Below, piece by piece: positions 17,565-28,126 of a DNA stretch of 64,000 nucleotides (positions are counted from its first letter, which is position 1; the number at the start of each line of letters is the position of its first letter). Both the position numbers and the translations under genes were made by a program. The notes under the pieces are model-generated. The model was not told where the DNA came from. It did not search any database and saw only the letters and a list, made by a program, of their open reading frames with translations. The DNA comes from a virus. Lineage: Duplodnaviria > Heunggongvirae > Uroviricota > Caudoviricetes. The stretch lies in IMG/VR virus record IMGVR_UViG_2778261667_000017. The stretch is one strand, 5' to 3'.

Positions 17565-17696
17565 TGAGTTTCAACAACTATCAACTACATCCAGCGAAGC
17601 ATAAAAGATCGTTTATGGCAAAACCGGAATGGAGTGCGATTCGATTCTGAGAAGGATGCCACGTATCGTACGCGAACCATCCAAGAGGATTATGCA

Positions 17697-18047
17697 ATGC
17701 CCCTACGAACCCCAAAAGCCTGCCGTGTTCGCGGCTGCCGCCATACCACTACTGACCCGTCAGGCTACTGCGAAAGCCACAAAAGCGAAGGCTGGAAGCA
17801 ATACAAGCCAGGCCAGTCCCGACACCAGCGCGGTTATGGTTCGAAATGGGATGTTATCCGTGAACGTGTGCTCAAGCGTGACAAAGGCCTGTGCCAGTTG
17901 TGCCTGCGTGCTGGTGTGGTGCGCGAGGCGAAAACCGTTGACCACATCATCCCTAAAGCGCATGGCGGCACTGATGCCGACTGTAATCTGCAGAGTCTGT
18001 GCTGGCCGTGTCATAAGGCGAAGACGGCCCGTGAACGGTTGAAGTGA
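17697..18047 (+). CDS. HNH endonuclease (terminase-associated), 116 aa
   Basis: Cys pairs and HNH motif (VDHIIPKAHGG...N...CWPCH); AAGAGGA RBS; immediately upstream of terminase. Confidence 0.85.
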   Translation: MPLRTPKACRVRGCRHTTTDPSGYCESHKSEGWKQYKPGQSRHQRGYGSKWDVIRERVLKRDKGLCQLCLRAGVVREAKTVDHIIPKAHGGTDADCNLQSLCWPCHKAKTARERLK

Positions 18048-18172
18048 TAATAATTCTCAACTGCCTGAGGGGAGGGGCGGGTCAAATCCCTGCGGCCTGA
18101 CGTCTTCCGGACTGCCCGCCCCATCGTTTTTTTATACCCGCGAAAAATGAAATTTAACCAGGAGTGCCGCAT

Positions 18173-18667
18173 ATGGCTGGAACGGCGGGGCGTTCCGGGC
18201 GTCGCCCCAAGCCAACGGCGCGCAAGGCGCTGGCCGGAAACCCCGGCAAGCGAGCCCTGAATAAAGATGAACCTGTTTTTACGCCCATCAAAGGTGTTGA
18301 GCCACCGGAGTGGTTCGCTGAAGAAGATCTCCCTCTCGCTACGATCATGTGGCAACTGACAACTAAAGAACTCTGCGGTCAGGGCCTGCTGTGCGTGACT
18401 GACCTCGCGGTGCTTGAGCGGTGGTGCGTGGCCTACGAGTTCTGGCGACGTGCCGTGAAAAATATTGCCAGACAGGGCAACACCATCACCGGTGCAATGG
18501 GCGGTATGGTCAAAAATCCGGAGCTGACCGCCAAAAAAGAACAGGAGTCCGAGATGAGCAGTACGGGGGCAATGCTCGGACTCGACCCCAGCAGCCGCCA
18601 GCGTCTGATTGGCCTGGCGGGGCAGAAGAAAGCCACTAACCCGTTTCTGAAAATCATCGAATCATGA
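18173..18667 (+). CDS. Terminase small subunit (P27 family)
   Basis: N-terminus [14 protein letters not shown] typical of P27-family TerS; AGGAG RBS. Confidence 0.8.
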   Translation: MAGTAGRSGRRPKPTARKALAGNPGKRALNKDEPVFTPIKGVEPPEWFAEEDLPLATIMWQLTTKELCGQGLLCVTDLAVLERWCVAYEFWRRAVKNIARQGNTITGAMGGMVKNPELTAKKEQESEMSSTGAMLGLDPSSRQRLIGLAGQKKATNPFLKIIES

Positions 18668-20397
18668 GCCGGAAATCTTACCCCAACGTAAATGCTGCCA
18701 ATCAGTATGCCCGTGATGTCGTGCGCGGAAATATTGTGGCCTGCCAGTTTGTGATTCAGGCCTGCCAGCGCCATCTTGATGACCTGATGGCGGAAAAAAG
18801 TAAGTCGTTTCGTTACCGCTTCGACAAGGACCTGGCTGAACGGGCCGCCAAATTTATTCAGCTGTTGCCACACACCAAGGGGGAGTGGGCATTCAAGAGG
18901 ATGCCCATCACGCTGGAGCCGTGGCAGCTCTTTGTGATCTGCTGTGCGTTTGGCTGGGTCAATAAAGGTACCCGGCTGCGCCGCTTCCGGGAGGTGTATA
19001 CCGAAATCCCCCGTAAGAACGGCAAATCGGCAATCTCTGCCGGTGTCGCCCTGTATTGTTTTGCCTGTGATAACGAGTTTGGCGCGGAAGTGTATTCCGG
19101 TGCCACGACAGAGAAACAGGCGTGGGAAGTCTTTCGCCCGGCGCGACTGATGTGTAAACGCACACCCATGCTGACGGAAGCGTTCGGGATTGAGGTTAAC
19201 GCCTCAAACATGAACCGTCCGGAGGATGGCGCGCGGTTTGAACCGCTGATCGGTAACCCCGGTGATGGTTCATCACCCCACTGTGCGGTGGTGGATGAAT
19301 ATCACGAGCACGCCACCGATGCGCTTTACACCACGATGCTTACCGGGATGGGGGCGCGACGTCAGCCACTGATGTGGGCCATTACTACTGCAGGGTACAA
19401 CATTGAGGGGCCGTGCTACGACAAGCGACGGGAAGTTATCGAGATGCTCAACGGGTCGGTACCCAACGATGAACTGTTCGGGATCATCTATACCGTTGAC
19501 GAAGGCGATGACTGGACCGACCCGCAGGTGCTGGAAAAAGCCAACCCGAATATTGGCGTGTCGGTTTATCGCGAATTTTTGTTAAGTCAGCAGCAGCGTG
19601 CGAAAAATAACGCCCGTCTGGCAAACGTCTTTAAAACAAAACACCTCAATATCTGGGTGTCGGCGCGTTCGGCGTATTTCAACCTGGTGAGCTGGCAGAG
19701 CTGCGAGGATAAATCACTGACCCTTGAGCAGTTCGAGGGGCAGCCGTGCATTCTGGCCTTTGACCTGGCGCGTAAGCTGGATATGAACAGTATGGCGCGA
19801 CTTTATACCCGCGAGATTGACGGTAAAACGCATTACTACAGTGTGGCTCCGCGCTTCTGGGTACCGTATGACACGGTGTACAGCGTCGAGAAAAATGAAG
19901 ATCGCCGGACAGCCGAACGCTTTCAGAAATGGGTGGAAATGGGCGTTCTGACCGTTACCGCTGGTGCGGAGGTGGATTATCGCTACATCCTCGAGGAGGC
20001 CAAAGCGGCGAACAAAATCAGCCCGGTCAGCGAGTCACCCATCGACCCCTTCGGGGCGACCGGGCTCTCACATGACCTTGCTGATGAAGACCTGAACCCC
20101 ATCACTATCATTCAGAACTACACCAACATGTCCGACCCGATGAAAGAGCTGGAAGCGGCAATTGAATCGGGGCGCTTTCATCATGATGGCAATCCCATCA
20201 TGACCTGGTGTATCGGCAACGTGGTCGGCAAAACCATTCCGGGTAACGATGATGTGGTGAAGCCCGTCAAAGAGCAGGCGGAAAACAAAATCGATGGTGC
20301 AGTTGCGCTGATTATGGCGGTTGGCAGAGCCATGCTGTACGAGAAAGAAGACACGTTGTCTGACCACATTGAGTCCTATGGGATCCGCTCGCTTTAA
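18664..20397 (+). CDS. Terminase large subunit, 577 aa
   Basis: ATPase and nuclease region patterns; size; position. Confidence 0.9.
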
Positions 20398-20408
20398 CTG
20401 AGGTAATT

Positions 20409-20591
20409 ATGATCATGCTGATTCTCGCGCCTCTGGTGGGCGTGCTGGGGGCGCTTTTGCTGGCGTATGGTGCCTGGCTGATTTATCCCCCGGCGGGGTT
20501 TGTTGTTGCCGGGGCGTTGTGCCTGTTCTGGTCGTGGCTGGTGGCGCGATATCTTGACCGTACACAGTCGTCTGTCGGCGGAGGTAAATAG
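20409..20591 (+). CDS. Small hydrophobic protein, 60 aa
   Basis: Two predicted TM helices; fills the gap between terminase and portal. Confidence 0.4.
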
Positions 20592-21832
20592 TGTTCTTTT
20601 CGGGATTATTTCAACGAAAAAGTGACGCACCGGTGACCACGCCAGCAGAGCTGGCGGATGCTATCGGGTTGTCCTACGACACCTATACCGGAAAGCAGAT
20701 CAGCAGCCAGCGGGCCATGCGACTGACGGCGGTTTTTTCCTGTGTCAGGGTGCTGGCGGAGTCGGTCGGGATGTTGCCCTGCAACCTGTATCACCTGAAC
20801 GGCAGCCTGAAGCAGAGAGCCACTGGCGAACGTCTGCATAAGCTGATCTCCACGCATCCCAATGGCTATATGACGCCGCAGGAGTTCTGGGAGCTGGTGG
20901 TCACCTGTCTGTGCCTGCGGGGAAACTTTTACGCCTACAAAGTGAAAGCATTTGGCGAAGTGGCTGAACTGCTGCCCGTCGATCCCGGCTGTGTGGTACC
21001 GAAGCTTAACAGTAGCTGGGAGCCGATCTATCAGGTCACATTCCCGGATGGCTCCACGGATGTACTGAGCCAGGAGGATATCTGGCATGTGCGCACGCTG
21101 ACGCTGGACGGACTGGTGGGGCTGAATCCCATCGCCTATGCCCGCGAGGCAATATCGCTGGCAGCTGCGACCGAAGAGCACGGGGCCAGACTGTTCAGCA
21201 ATGGCGCGGTGACGTCGGGTGTGTTGCGTACAGAGCAGACGCTGTCAGATCAGGCTTATGAGCGCCTGAAGAAAGATTTTGAGGAGCGTCACACCGGGCT
21301 TGGCAATGCTCACCGCCCGATGATCCTTGAGATGGGGCTGGACTGGAAGTCGATGGCGCTGAACGCCGAGGACAGCCAGTTCCTGGAAACCCGCAAGTTT
21401 CAGCTTGAAGAAATCTGTCGTCTGTTCCGGGTGCCGTTGCACATGGTGCAGAACACCGATCGCGCCACCTTCAACAATATCGAAGAGCTGGGGCTGGGAT
21501 TTATCAACTATTCACTGGTGCCGTATCTGACCCGCATCGAACAGCGGATCAACACCGGACTGGTACGAAAAAGTAAGCAGGGCGTTTATTACGCCAAATT
21601 TAACGCCGGGGCGTTACTGCGCGGGGATATGAAGTCCCGTTTTGAAGCCTACGCCACCGGGATCAACTGGGGAATTTACTCTCCCAATGACTGCCGCGAC
21701 CTGGAAGATATGAATCCGCGTCCCGGTGGTGATGTCTATCTCACACCGATGAACATGACCACGAAACCCTCCGATGGCAGTAAGGCCGGTAAGCAGAAGG
21801 ATAACGCCAATGCAGACGAAACAACGTCTTGA
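20591..21832 (+). CDS. Portal protein (HK97 family), 413 aa
   Basis: Size and position after TerL; portal-like sequence. Confidence 0.9.
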   Translation: MFFSGLFQRKSDAPVTTPAELADAIGLSYDTYTGKQISSQRAMRLTAVFSCVRVLAESVGMLPCNLYHLNGSLKQRATGERLHKLISTHPNGYMTPQEFWELVVTCLCLRGNFYAYKVKAFGEVAELLPVDPGCVVPKLNSSWEPIYQVTFPDGSTDVLSQEDIWHVRTLTLDGLVGLNPIAYAREAISLAAATEEHGARLFSNGAVTSGVLRTEQTLSDQAYERLKKDFEERHTGLGNAHRPMILEMGLDWKSMALNAEDSQFLETRKFQLEEICRLFRVPLHMVQNTDRATFNNIEELGLGFINYSLVPYLTRIEQRINTGLVRKSKQGVYYAKFNAGALLRGDMKSRFEAYATGINWGIYSPNDCRDLEDMNPRPGGDVYLTPMNMTTKPSDGSKAGKQKDNANADETTS

Positions 21833-22460
21833 TGTACCGCTGAGTCTGAAATCTGTCAGTGACTCCGGTGAGTTTGAAGGGTATGGCTCCGTCTTTGGTG
21901 TAAAGGACAGCCACGATGATGTGGTGATGTCCGGGGCATTTGCTGCTTCCCTGCGGGCGTGGAGTGACAGAAAAGCGTTACCTGCGCTGCTCTGGCAGCA
22001 CCGCATGGATGAACCCATCGGTGTTTACACCGAAATGAAGGAAGACGATGTCGGGCTTTACGTCAGGGGACGGTTGCTTATTGATGATGATCCCCTCGCA
22101 AAACGCGCACATGCACACATGAAGGCCGGTTCGTTAACCGGCCTTTCTATTGGGTACGTCCTGAAAGACTGGGAATACGACCGGAGCAAAGAAGCCTTTC
22201 TGCTGAAAGAAATCGACCTCTGGGAAGTCAGCCTAGTGACGTTCCCGTCTAACGACGAGGCGCGGATCAGCGACGTCAAGAACGCACTGGCCCGCGGGGA
22301 AATCCCCGAACAGAAAAAAATCGAAAGAGTCCTGCGTGATGTCGGACTCTCCCGTACCCAGGCCAAAGCATTCATGGCCGGGGGCTATGGCGCACTGTCC
22401 CTGCGCGACGCTGAGGATGTGGGCTCTGCACTGAATGCACTGAAAAATCTGAACTTCTAA
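21810..22460 (+). CDS. Prohead protease (HK97 family), 216 aa
   Basis: HK97 protease-like motifs (GYGSVFGVKDSHDDVV); between portal and capsid. Confidence 0.85.
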   Translation: MQTKQRLDVPLSLKSVSDSGEFEGYGSVFGVKDSHDDVVMSGAFAASLRAWSDRKALPALLWQHRMDEPIGVYTEMKEDDVGLYVRGRLLIDDDPLAKRAHAHMKAGSLTGLSIGYVLKDWEYDRSKEAFLLKEIDLWEVSLVTFPSNDEARISDVKNALARGEIPEQKKIERVLRDVGLSRTQAKAFMAGGYGALSLRDAEDVGSALNALKNLNF

Positions 22461-22474
22461 TCAGGAGAAATACG

Positions 22475-23680
22475 ATGGCGGTTGATATTAAAGATGTCGA
22501 ACAGGTCGCGCAGGAGCTGCAGCAGAAGTTTGACGACTTCAAAGCAAAGAACGACAAGCGCGTGGATGCGATTGAGCAGGAAAAAGGCAAGCTTGCCGGG
22601 CAGGTGGAAACCCTGAACGGGAAACTCAGCGAGCTGGAAAATCTCAAAAGCGACCTTGAAAAAGAGCTGCTTGAGCTGAAACGTCCGGCAGGTGGAGCGC
22701 AAAATAAACTGGCCACCGAGCATAAAGAGGCGTTTGTGGGCTTCCTGCGTAAAGGCCGTGAAGACGGTCTGCGCGATCTGGAGCGTAAGGCATTGCAGGT
22801 GGGTACCGATGAAGACGGTGGCTACGCCGTGCCGGAAGAACTGGATCGCAACATTCTTAACCTGCTGAAAGATGAAGTTGTGATGCGTCAGGAAGCCACG
22901 GTGATCACCGTTGGCGGTTCCGACTACAAAAAACTGGTGAATCTGGGCGGTACGGCTTCCGGATGGGTGGGGGAAACGGATACGCGATCCCAGACTGCCA
23001 CCTCCAGACTGGAGCTGATTGAACCTCTCATGGGGGAAATCTACGGCAACCCGCAGGCTACCCAGAAAATGCTGGACGATGCCTTCTTCAACGTGGAGGC
23101 CTGGATCAACAGCGAGCTGGCAACCGAATTTGCCGAACAGGAAGAAATTGCCTTTACCTCAGGCGATGGCACCAAGAAGCCGAAAGGGTTCCTGGCGTAT
23201 GAATCCACCGATGAAACCGACAAGGTCCGGGCGTTCGGCAAACTTCAGCATATTGTATCCGGCGAAGCGACCGCGGTGACCGCAGACGCCATTATCAAAC
23301 TGATTTACACGCTGCGTAAGGCACACCGCACTGGCGCGAAGTTCATGATGAACAACAACAGCCTGTTTGCCATCCGTCTGCTTAAAGACAGCGAGGGTAA
23401 CTATCTGTGGCGTCCGGGGCTGGAACTGGGACAGCCGTCCTCTCTGGCGGGTTACGGTATCGCTGAAAACGAACAGATGCCGGATATCGCCGCTGATGCG
23501 AAAGCCATTGCATTTGGTAACTTCAAACGGGGTTACACCATCGTTGACCGTATCGGCACCCGCATTCTGCGTGATCCGTACACCAATAAACCGTTTGTCG
23601 GTTTTTATACCACCAAGCGCACCGGCGGGATGCTGGTCGATTCGCAGGCCATCAAACTGCTGAAGATTGCAGCGGCGTAA
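22475..23680 (+). CDS. Major capsid protein (HK97 fold), 401 aa
   Basis: N-terminal coiled-coil delta domain then HK97-like capsid region. Confidence 0.9.
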   Translation: MAVDIKDVEQVAQELQQKFDDFKAKNDKRVDAIEQEKGKLAGQVETLNGKLSELENLKSDLEKELLELKRPAGGAQNKLATEHKEAFVGFLRKGREDGLRDLERKALQVGTDEDGGYAVPEELDRNILNLLKDEVVMRQEATVITVGGSDYKKLVNLGGTASGWVGETDTRSQTATSRLELIEPLMGEIYGNPQATQKMLDDAFFNVEAWINSELATEFAEQEEIAFTSGDGTKKPKGFLAYESTDETDKVRAFGKLQHIVSGEATAVTADAIIKLIYTLRKAHRTGAKFMMNNNSLFAIRLLKDSEGNYLWRPGLELGQPSSLAGYGIAENEQMPDIAADAKAIAFGNFKRGYTIVDRIGTRILRDPYTNKPFVGFYTTKRTGGMLVDSQAIKLLKIAAA

Positions 23681-23729
23681 TCATTCAGGGGCGCGGAACC
23701 GCGCCCCCTGTCCTGACGGGTGAAGAATC

Positions 23730-23930
23730 ATGATCCTGAAACAAGATCTGAAATGGTCACCGGACGGTATGCGTGTTGAGGTCATTCGGGCCGGTGAGTA
23801 TGACGACGGGGCGCTTCCTGCCCGGGTGCAGGAGATTGCACTTCAGGCCGGGTTAGCTGAGCGCGGAACCAGTGCAAAAAGCAGTAAAGCGGCAAAAGAG
23901 AAAAAAGCCACGACCAGTAAAGAGAGCTGA
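23730..23930 (+). CDS. Hypothetical small protein, 66 aa
   Basis: ORF between capsid and connector genes. Confidence 0.4.
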   Translation: MILKQDLKWSPDGMRVEVIRAGEYDDGALPARVQEIALQAGLAERGTSAKSSKAAKEKKATTSKES

Positions 23931-23932
23931 GT

Positions 23933-24256
23933 ATGCTTCTGACAATGGAAGAGATTAAAGCCCAACTCCGGCTGGATGAGGATTTCGATGCTGATGACCG
24001 CCATCTGCAACTGCTGGCCTGTGCGGCGCAAAAGCGGACGGAAACGTATCTGAACCGGAAGCTCTATGCACCGGATGAATCCATTCCGGACAGCGATCCG
24101 GACGGACTGCACCTGCCGGATGATATTCGTCTGGGGATGCTGATGCTTATCAGCCATTTTTACGAAAACCGCTCGTCGGTTACGGAAGTGGAGAAACTCG
24201 ACATGCCGCAGAGTTTTGGCTGGCTTGTCGGCCCGTACAGGTACTTTCCGCAATGA
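23933..24256 (+). CDS. Head-tail connector protein (gp6-like), 107 aa
   Basis: Position and size; N-terminus MLLTMEEIKAQLRLD. Confidence 0.7.
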   Translation: MLLTMEEIKAQLRLDEDFDADDRHLQLLACAAQKRTETYLNRKLYAPDESIPDSDPDGLHLPDDIRLGMLMLISHFYENRSSVTEVEKLDMPQSFGWLVGPYRYFPQ

Positions 24257-24663
24257 AAATTCGTCAGGCGCAGACCAGCGCAACCTACATTCTGCCGGAC
24301 CCCGGTGAACTGAATAAACGCGTCCTGATCCGCCTGCGGGTGGATATGCCCGCGGATAACTTTGGCGTGGAGCCTCAATACCCGGTTACGTTCCGGACAT
24401 GGGCGAAGGTTATCCAGACCAGTGCCACCACCTGGCAGGAAACCGCGCAGACAGGGGACGCCATCACCCATTACATCACCATTCGTTATCGCCGGGGGAT
24501 CACCGCTGATTATGAGGTGGTCTGCGGTGACAGTGTGTACCGGGTGAAACGTCAGCGCGATCTGAACGGGGCGCGGCGCTTTCTGCTGCTGGAGTGTACG
24601 GAGCTGGGCGAATTTACGCAGAGTCACGGAGGCAGCAATGGCGACTCCCTTTTTTCACGTTGA
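24253..24663 (+). CDS. Head-tail adaptor / head closure protein, 136 aa
   Basis: Position and size in head-completion cluster. Confidence 0.65.
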   Translation: MKIRQAQTSATYILPDPGELNKRVLIRLRVDMPADNFGVEPQYPVTFRTWAKVIQTSATTWQETAQTGDAITHYITIRYRRGITADYEVVCGDSVYRVKRQRDLNGARRFLLLECTELGEFTQSHGGSNGDSLFSR

Positions 24664-25135
24664 TGTTCAGCAGCCCGCGGAGATGCGCTTTAACCGCGCC
24701 CGTGTCCGGCGGGCGTTTGTCACGATTGGGCAGCGTCATATGCGTGATGCCCGTCGGCTGGTGATGCGCCGTGCGCGGTCGGCACCAGGTGAAAACCCCG
24801 GTTATCAGACCGGACGCCTGGCTCGTTCGATTGGTTACATGGTGCCGGGAGCCAGTAAAAAGCGAGCCGGTTTTATGACACGCATTGCCCCTAACCAGCG
24901 CAACGGGAGGGGGAACCGGATGATCTCTGGTGACTTCTATCCGGCGTTTCTGTTTTTTGGTGTCCGGGGAGGAGCAAAACGTCGTCGCAGTCATCATCGT
25001 GGTGCATCCGGTGGCAGCGGCTGGCGACTGGCTCCACGTAATAACTTCATGGTGGAAACGCTTGAAAAGAACCGCAGCTGGACACGCTATTTTCTGGCGC
25101 GGGAATTGCGTAAATCACTGAAGCCGGAGCGATGA
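24638..25135 (+). CDS. HK97 gp10-family head-tail joining protein, 165 aa
   Basis: gp10-family pattern; position. Confidence 0.65.
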   Translation: MATPFFHVDVQQPAEMRFNRARVRRAFVTIGQRHMRDARRLVMRRARSAPGENPGYQTGRLARSIGYMVPGASKKRAGFMTRIAPNQRNGRGNRMISGDFYPAFLFFGVRGGAKRRRSHHRGASGGSGWRLAPRNNFMVETLEKNRSWTRYFLARELRKSLKPER

Positions 25136-25701
25136 CGCAGATGAAACTGACGCCTGTTATTGCTGCGCTGCGTGCCCGCTGCCCGTATTTTGAAAACCGG
25201 GTGGCAGGTGCGGCACAGTTCAAAAATCTGCCGGAGGTCGGAAAGCTGAAACTCCCGGCGGCGTATGTGGTACCGGGTGATGACTCTCCTGGAGAAAACA
25301 AAAGCCAGACCGACTACTGGCAGGAGCTGAAAGAGGGCTTCTCCGTGGTTGTCATACTGAGTAACGGGCGTGATGAGCGCGGTCAGTTTGCCTCGTATGA
25401 TGTGGTGGACGATGTCCGGCAGATGCTCTTTAAGGCCCTGCTGGGCTGGAACCCGGAAGCGTGCGGTAACCCGATTACCTATGACGGCGGCACGCTGCTG
25501 GATCTGAATCGTCATGAGCTGATTTATCAGTTCGATTTTTCGGTCATCAGCGAGCTGACCGAAGACGATACCCGCCAGCAGGATGATCTGAACAGTCTGG
25601 ATGAACTGCAAACGCTGGCGATTGATGTTGATTATCTCGAGCCCGGTAACGGGCCTGACGGCGATATCGAACATCACACCGAAATACCCCTTCCTTCCTG
25701 A
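25132..25701 (+). CDS. Tail completion / tail terminator-like protein, 189 aa
   Basis: Position just upstream of the sheath gene. Confidence 0.5.
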   Translation: MTQMKLTPVIAALRARCPYFENRVAGAAQFKNLPEVGKLKLPAAYVVPGDDSPGENKSQTDYWQELKEGFSVVVILSNGRDERGQFASYDVVDDVRQMLFKALLGWNPEACGNPITYDGGTLLDLNRHELIYQFDFSVISELTEDDTRQQDDLNSLDELQTLAIDVDYLEPGNGPDGDIEHHTEIPLPS

Positions 25702-25709
25702 GGATCATC

Positions 25710-25880
25710 ATGTTTGTCAAACCTGTTAAAGGGCGGTCAGTGCCTGACCCTGCCCGCGGTGACTTTTTGCCCGCCGAAGGGCGAAATGTTGACGAGAACA
25801 ACTACTGGCTGCGCCGTGAAGCAGCGGGTGATATCCGGCGCGTGAATAAAAAGGTGAACACCGATGACGATAAGCTTTAA
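25710..25880 (+). CDS. Small phage protein, 56 aa (below ORF-track cutoff)
   Basis: ATG with GAGGA RBS; translated from sequence; overlaps sheath start. Confidence 0.4.
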   Translation: MFVKPVKGRSVPDPARGDFLPAEGRNVDENNYWLRREAAGDIRRVNKKVNTDDDKL

Positions 25881-27360
25881 CACCATTCCGTCGAATACGC
25901 TGGTTCCGCTGTTTTATGCGGAAATGGATAACCAGGCGGCGAATACTGCACAGGACAGCGGAGCATCGCTGCTGATTGGTCATGCCAATAACGGTGCAGA
26001 GATTGTTGCCAACAGTCTGGTGCTGATGCCGTCGGCAGACTATGCACGCCAGATTTGTGGTGCGGGAAGTCAGCTGGCGCGTATGGTCGAGGCTTATCGC
26101 CAGACCGACCTGTTTGGCGAGCTGTATGTGATTGCCGTTCCGGAAGCCACAGGCGCGGCGGCAACGGTTACGCTGACGGTGACCGGGGAAGCAACCGAAA
26201 GCGGCACGGTGAATGTCTATGTGGGACGTACCCGCGTGCAGGCTCCGGTGACCAACGGCGATAACGTCACGACGATTGCCAGCAGTATCCAGGATGCCAT
26301 CAATGCCGTTCCGACTCTGCCGTTTACAGCTTCATCTTCAGCTGGTGTTGTCACGCTGACCGCGCGTCATAAGGGGCTTTGCGGGAATGAAATTCCTGTC
26401 AGCCTCAATTACTACGGCTTCGGTGGGGGCGAAGTGCTGCCAGCGGGCGTACAGATTGCCGTGGCGACGGGGACCGCCGGAACGGGCGCTCCGGTTCTCA
26501 CCGGCGCGGTGGCTGCAATGGCGGATGAGCCGTTTGATTATATCGGCCTGCCGTTCAACGACACGGCCTCCGTTAACACGCTGGTGACTGAGATGAACGA
26601 TACCAGCGGTCGCTGGAGCTATGCGCGTCAGCTGTATGGTCATGTGTATACGGCAAAGACCGGTACGCTGTCAGAACTGGTGACCGCAGGTGACCAGTTT
26701 AACCAGCAGCACATTACCCTGGCGGGGTACGAAAAAGAGACCCAGACGCCTGCCGACGAACTGGCGGCAAGCCGTACCGCCCGCGCAGCGGTGTTTATTC
26801 GCAACGATCCGGCACGTCCCACGCAGACCGGTGAGCTGGTGGGTATGCTGCCTGCGCCGAAGGGGAAACGGTTCACGATGACCGAACAACAGACCCTGCT
26901 GTCTCATGGCGTGGCAACGGCGTATGTCGAAAGCGGGGTACTGCGCATTCAGCGTGATGTCACCACGTACAGGAAAAACGCTTACGGGGTTGCGGATAAC
27001 AGCTACCTAGACAGTGAGACTCTGCATACCAGCGCGTATGTACTGCGCAAACTGAAATCCGTCATTACCAGTAAGTACGGGCGTCACAAGCTTGCCAGTG
27101 ACGGTACCCGCTTTGGTCCCGGTCAGGCAATTGTCACCCCGGCGGTGATCAAAGGGGAACTGCTGGCAACCTACCGTCAGCTTGAGCGTGCGGGGATCGT
27201 GGAAAACTACGAACTGTTTAAGCAGTACCTGGTTGTGGAGCGTGATGCCAGCGATCCGAACCGCCTGAACACGCTGTTCCCGCCTGACTATGTTAACCAG
27301 TTGCGTGTCTTTGCCGTGGTTAACCAGTTCCGTCTTCAGTATTCAGAGGAGTCTGCATAA
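25864..27360 (+). CDS. Tail sheath protein, 498 aa
   Basis: Size and sequence pattern of contractile-tail sheath; followed by tube gene. Confidence 0.9.
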   Translation: MTISFNTIPSNTLVPLFYAEMDNQAANTAQDSGASLLIGHANNGAEIVANSLVLMPSADYARQICGAGSQLARMVEAYRQTDLFGELYVIAVPEATGAAATVTLTVTGEATESGTVNVYVGRTRVQAPVTNGDNVTTIASSIQDAINAVPTLPFTASSSAGVVTLTARHKGLCGNEIPVSLNYYGFGGGEVLPAGVQIAVATGTAGTGAPVLTGAVAAMADEPFDYIGLPFNDTASVNTLVTEMNDTSGRWSYARQLYGHVYTAKTGTLSELVTAGDQFNQQHITLAGYEKETQTPADELAASRTARAAVFIRNDPARPTQTGELVGMLPAPKGKRFTMTEQQTLLSHGVATAYVESGVLRIQRDVTTYRKNAYGVADNSYLDSETLHTSAYVLRKLKSVITSKYGRHKLASDGTRFGPGQAIVTPAVIKGELLATYRQLERAGIVENYELFKQYLVVERDASDPNRLNTLFPPDYVNQLRVFAVVNQFRLQYSEESA

Positions 27361-27716
27361 TGGCCCGTATCGGGGGAACCTGTTATTTCAAAATTGACGG
27401 TCAGCAGCTATCGCTGGCCGGCGGCATTGAGGTGCCCATGAACAGGACGGTCAATGATGACATCATCGGCCTGGACGGTTCAGTGGACCGCAAGGAAACT
27501 CACCGTGCGCCTTATGTCAAAGGGACCTTCAAGGTGCCGAAGAATTTTCCGGTGAGCAAAATCACCTCGTCTGATGAGATGACCATCACTGCCGAGCTGG
27601 CGAACGGTCAGGTCTATGTACTGTCGTCTGCCTGGCTGCATGGCGAAGCGAACCATAATGCCGAAGAAGGCACGGTTGATCTTGAGTTCCACGGTGAAGA
27701 AGGGGATTACCAGTAA
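27360..27716 (+). CDS. Tail tube protein, 118 aa
   Basis: Follows sheath; size. Confidence 0.85.
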   Translation: MARIGGTCYFKIDGQQLSLAGGIEVPMNRTVNDDIIGLDGSVDRKETHRAPYVKGTFKVPKNFPVSKITSSDEMTITAELANGQVYVLSSAWLHGEANHNAEEGTVDLEFHGEEGDYQ

Positions 27717-27985
27717 TGAAAGAGCTTGAGTTAAAGAAACCGATCACTGCTCATGGCGAGACACTCTCCGTACTGGAGTTTGATGAGCCCACCGGGAAAG
27801 ATGTCCGCGAGCTGGGGTATCCCTACCAGATGAATCAGGATGAGTCCGTCAGACTTCTGGCGCATGTGGTGTCGAAATACATTGTGCGGCTGGCGAAAGT
27901 GCCGCAAAGCTCTGTCGACCAGATGTCTCCGGCAGACATGAATGCAGCGGCGTGGCTTGTGGCTGGTTTTTTCCTCCAGGCCTGA
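27716..27985 (+). CDS. Tail assembly chaperone, 89 aa
   Basis: Precedes tape measure; overlapped by ORF 27952-28134 in another frame (possible programmed frameshift product). Confidence 0.7.
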   Translation: MKELELKKPITAHGETLSVLEFDEPTGKDVRELGYPYQMNQDESVRLLAHVVSKYIVRLAKVPQSSVDQMSPADMNAAAWLVAGFFLQA

Positions 27986-28126
27986 CGGCTGAATACCTCA
28001 CTGATCGCTTCTTTGACTGCGCCAGCTACTGGCACATTAATCCCTTCGAATTGCTGAATATGCCGATCAGTGAAATTCCCTTACTGGTCAGTCAGGCAAA
28101 CAGGATAGAGCAGGAGAAACGCACAC

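Noticed and set aside
20606-21181. 191-aa antisense ORF inside the portal gene (and similar antisense ORFs such as 31229-31726, 59802-60278, 62540-63031)
   Set aside because: Fully embedded antisense within well-supported structural genes, with biased composition; typical spurious ORFs.
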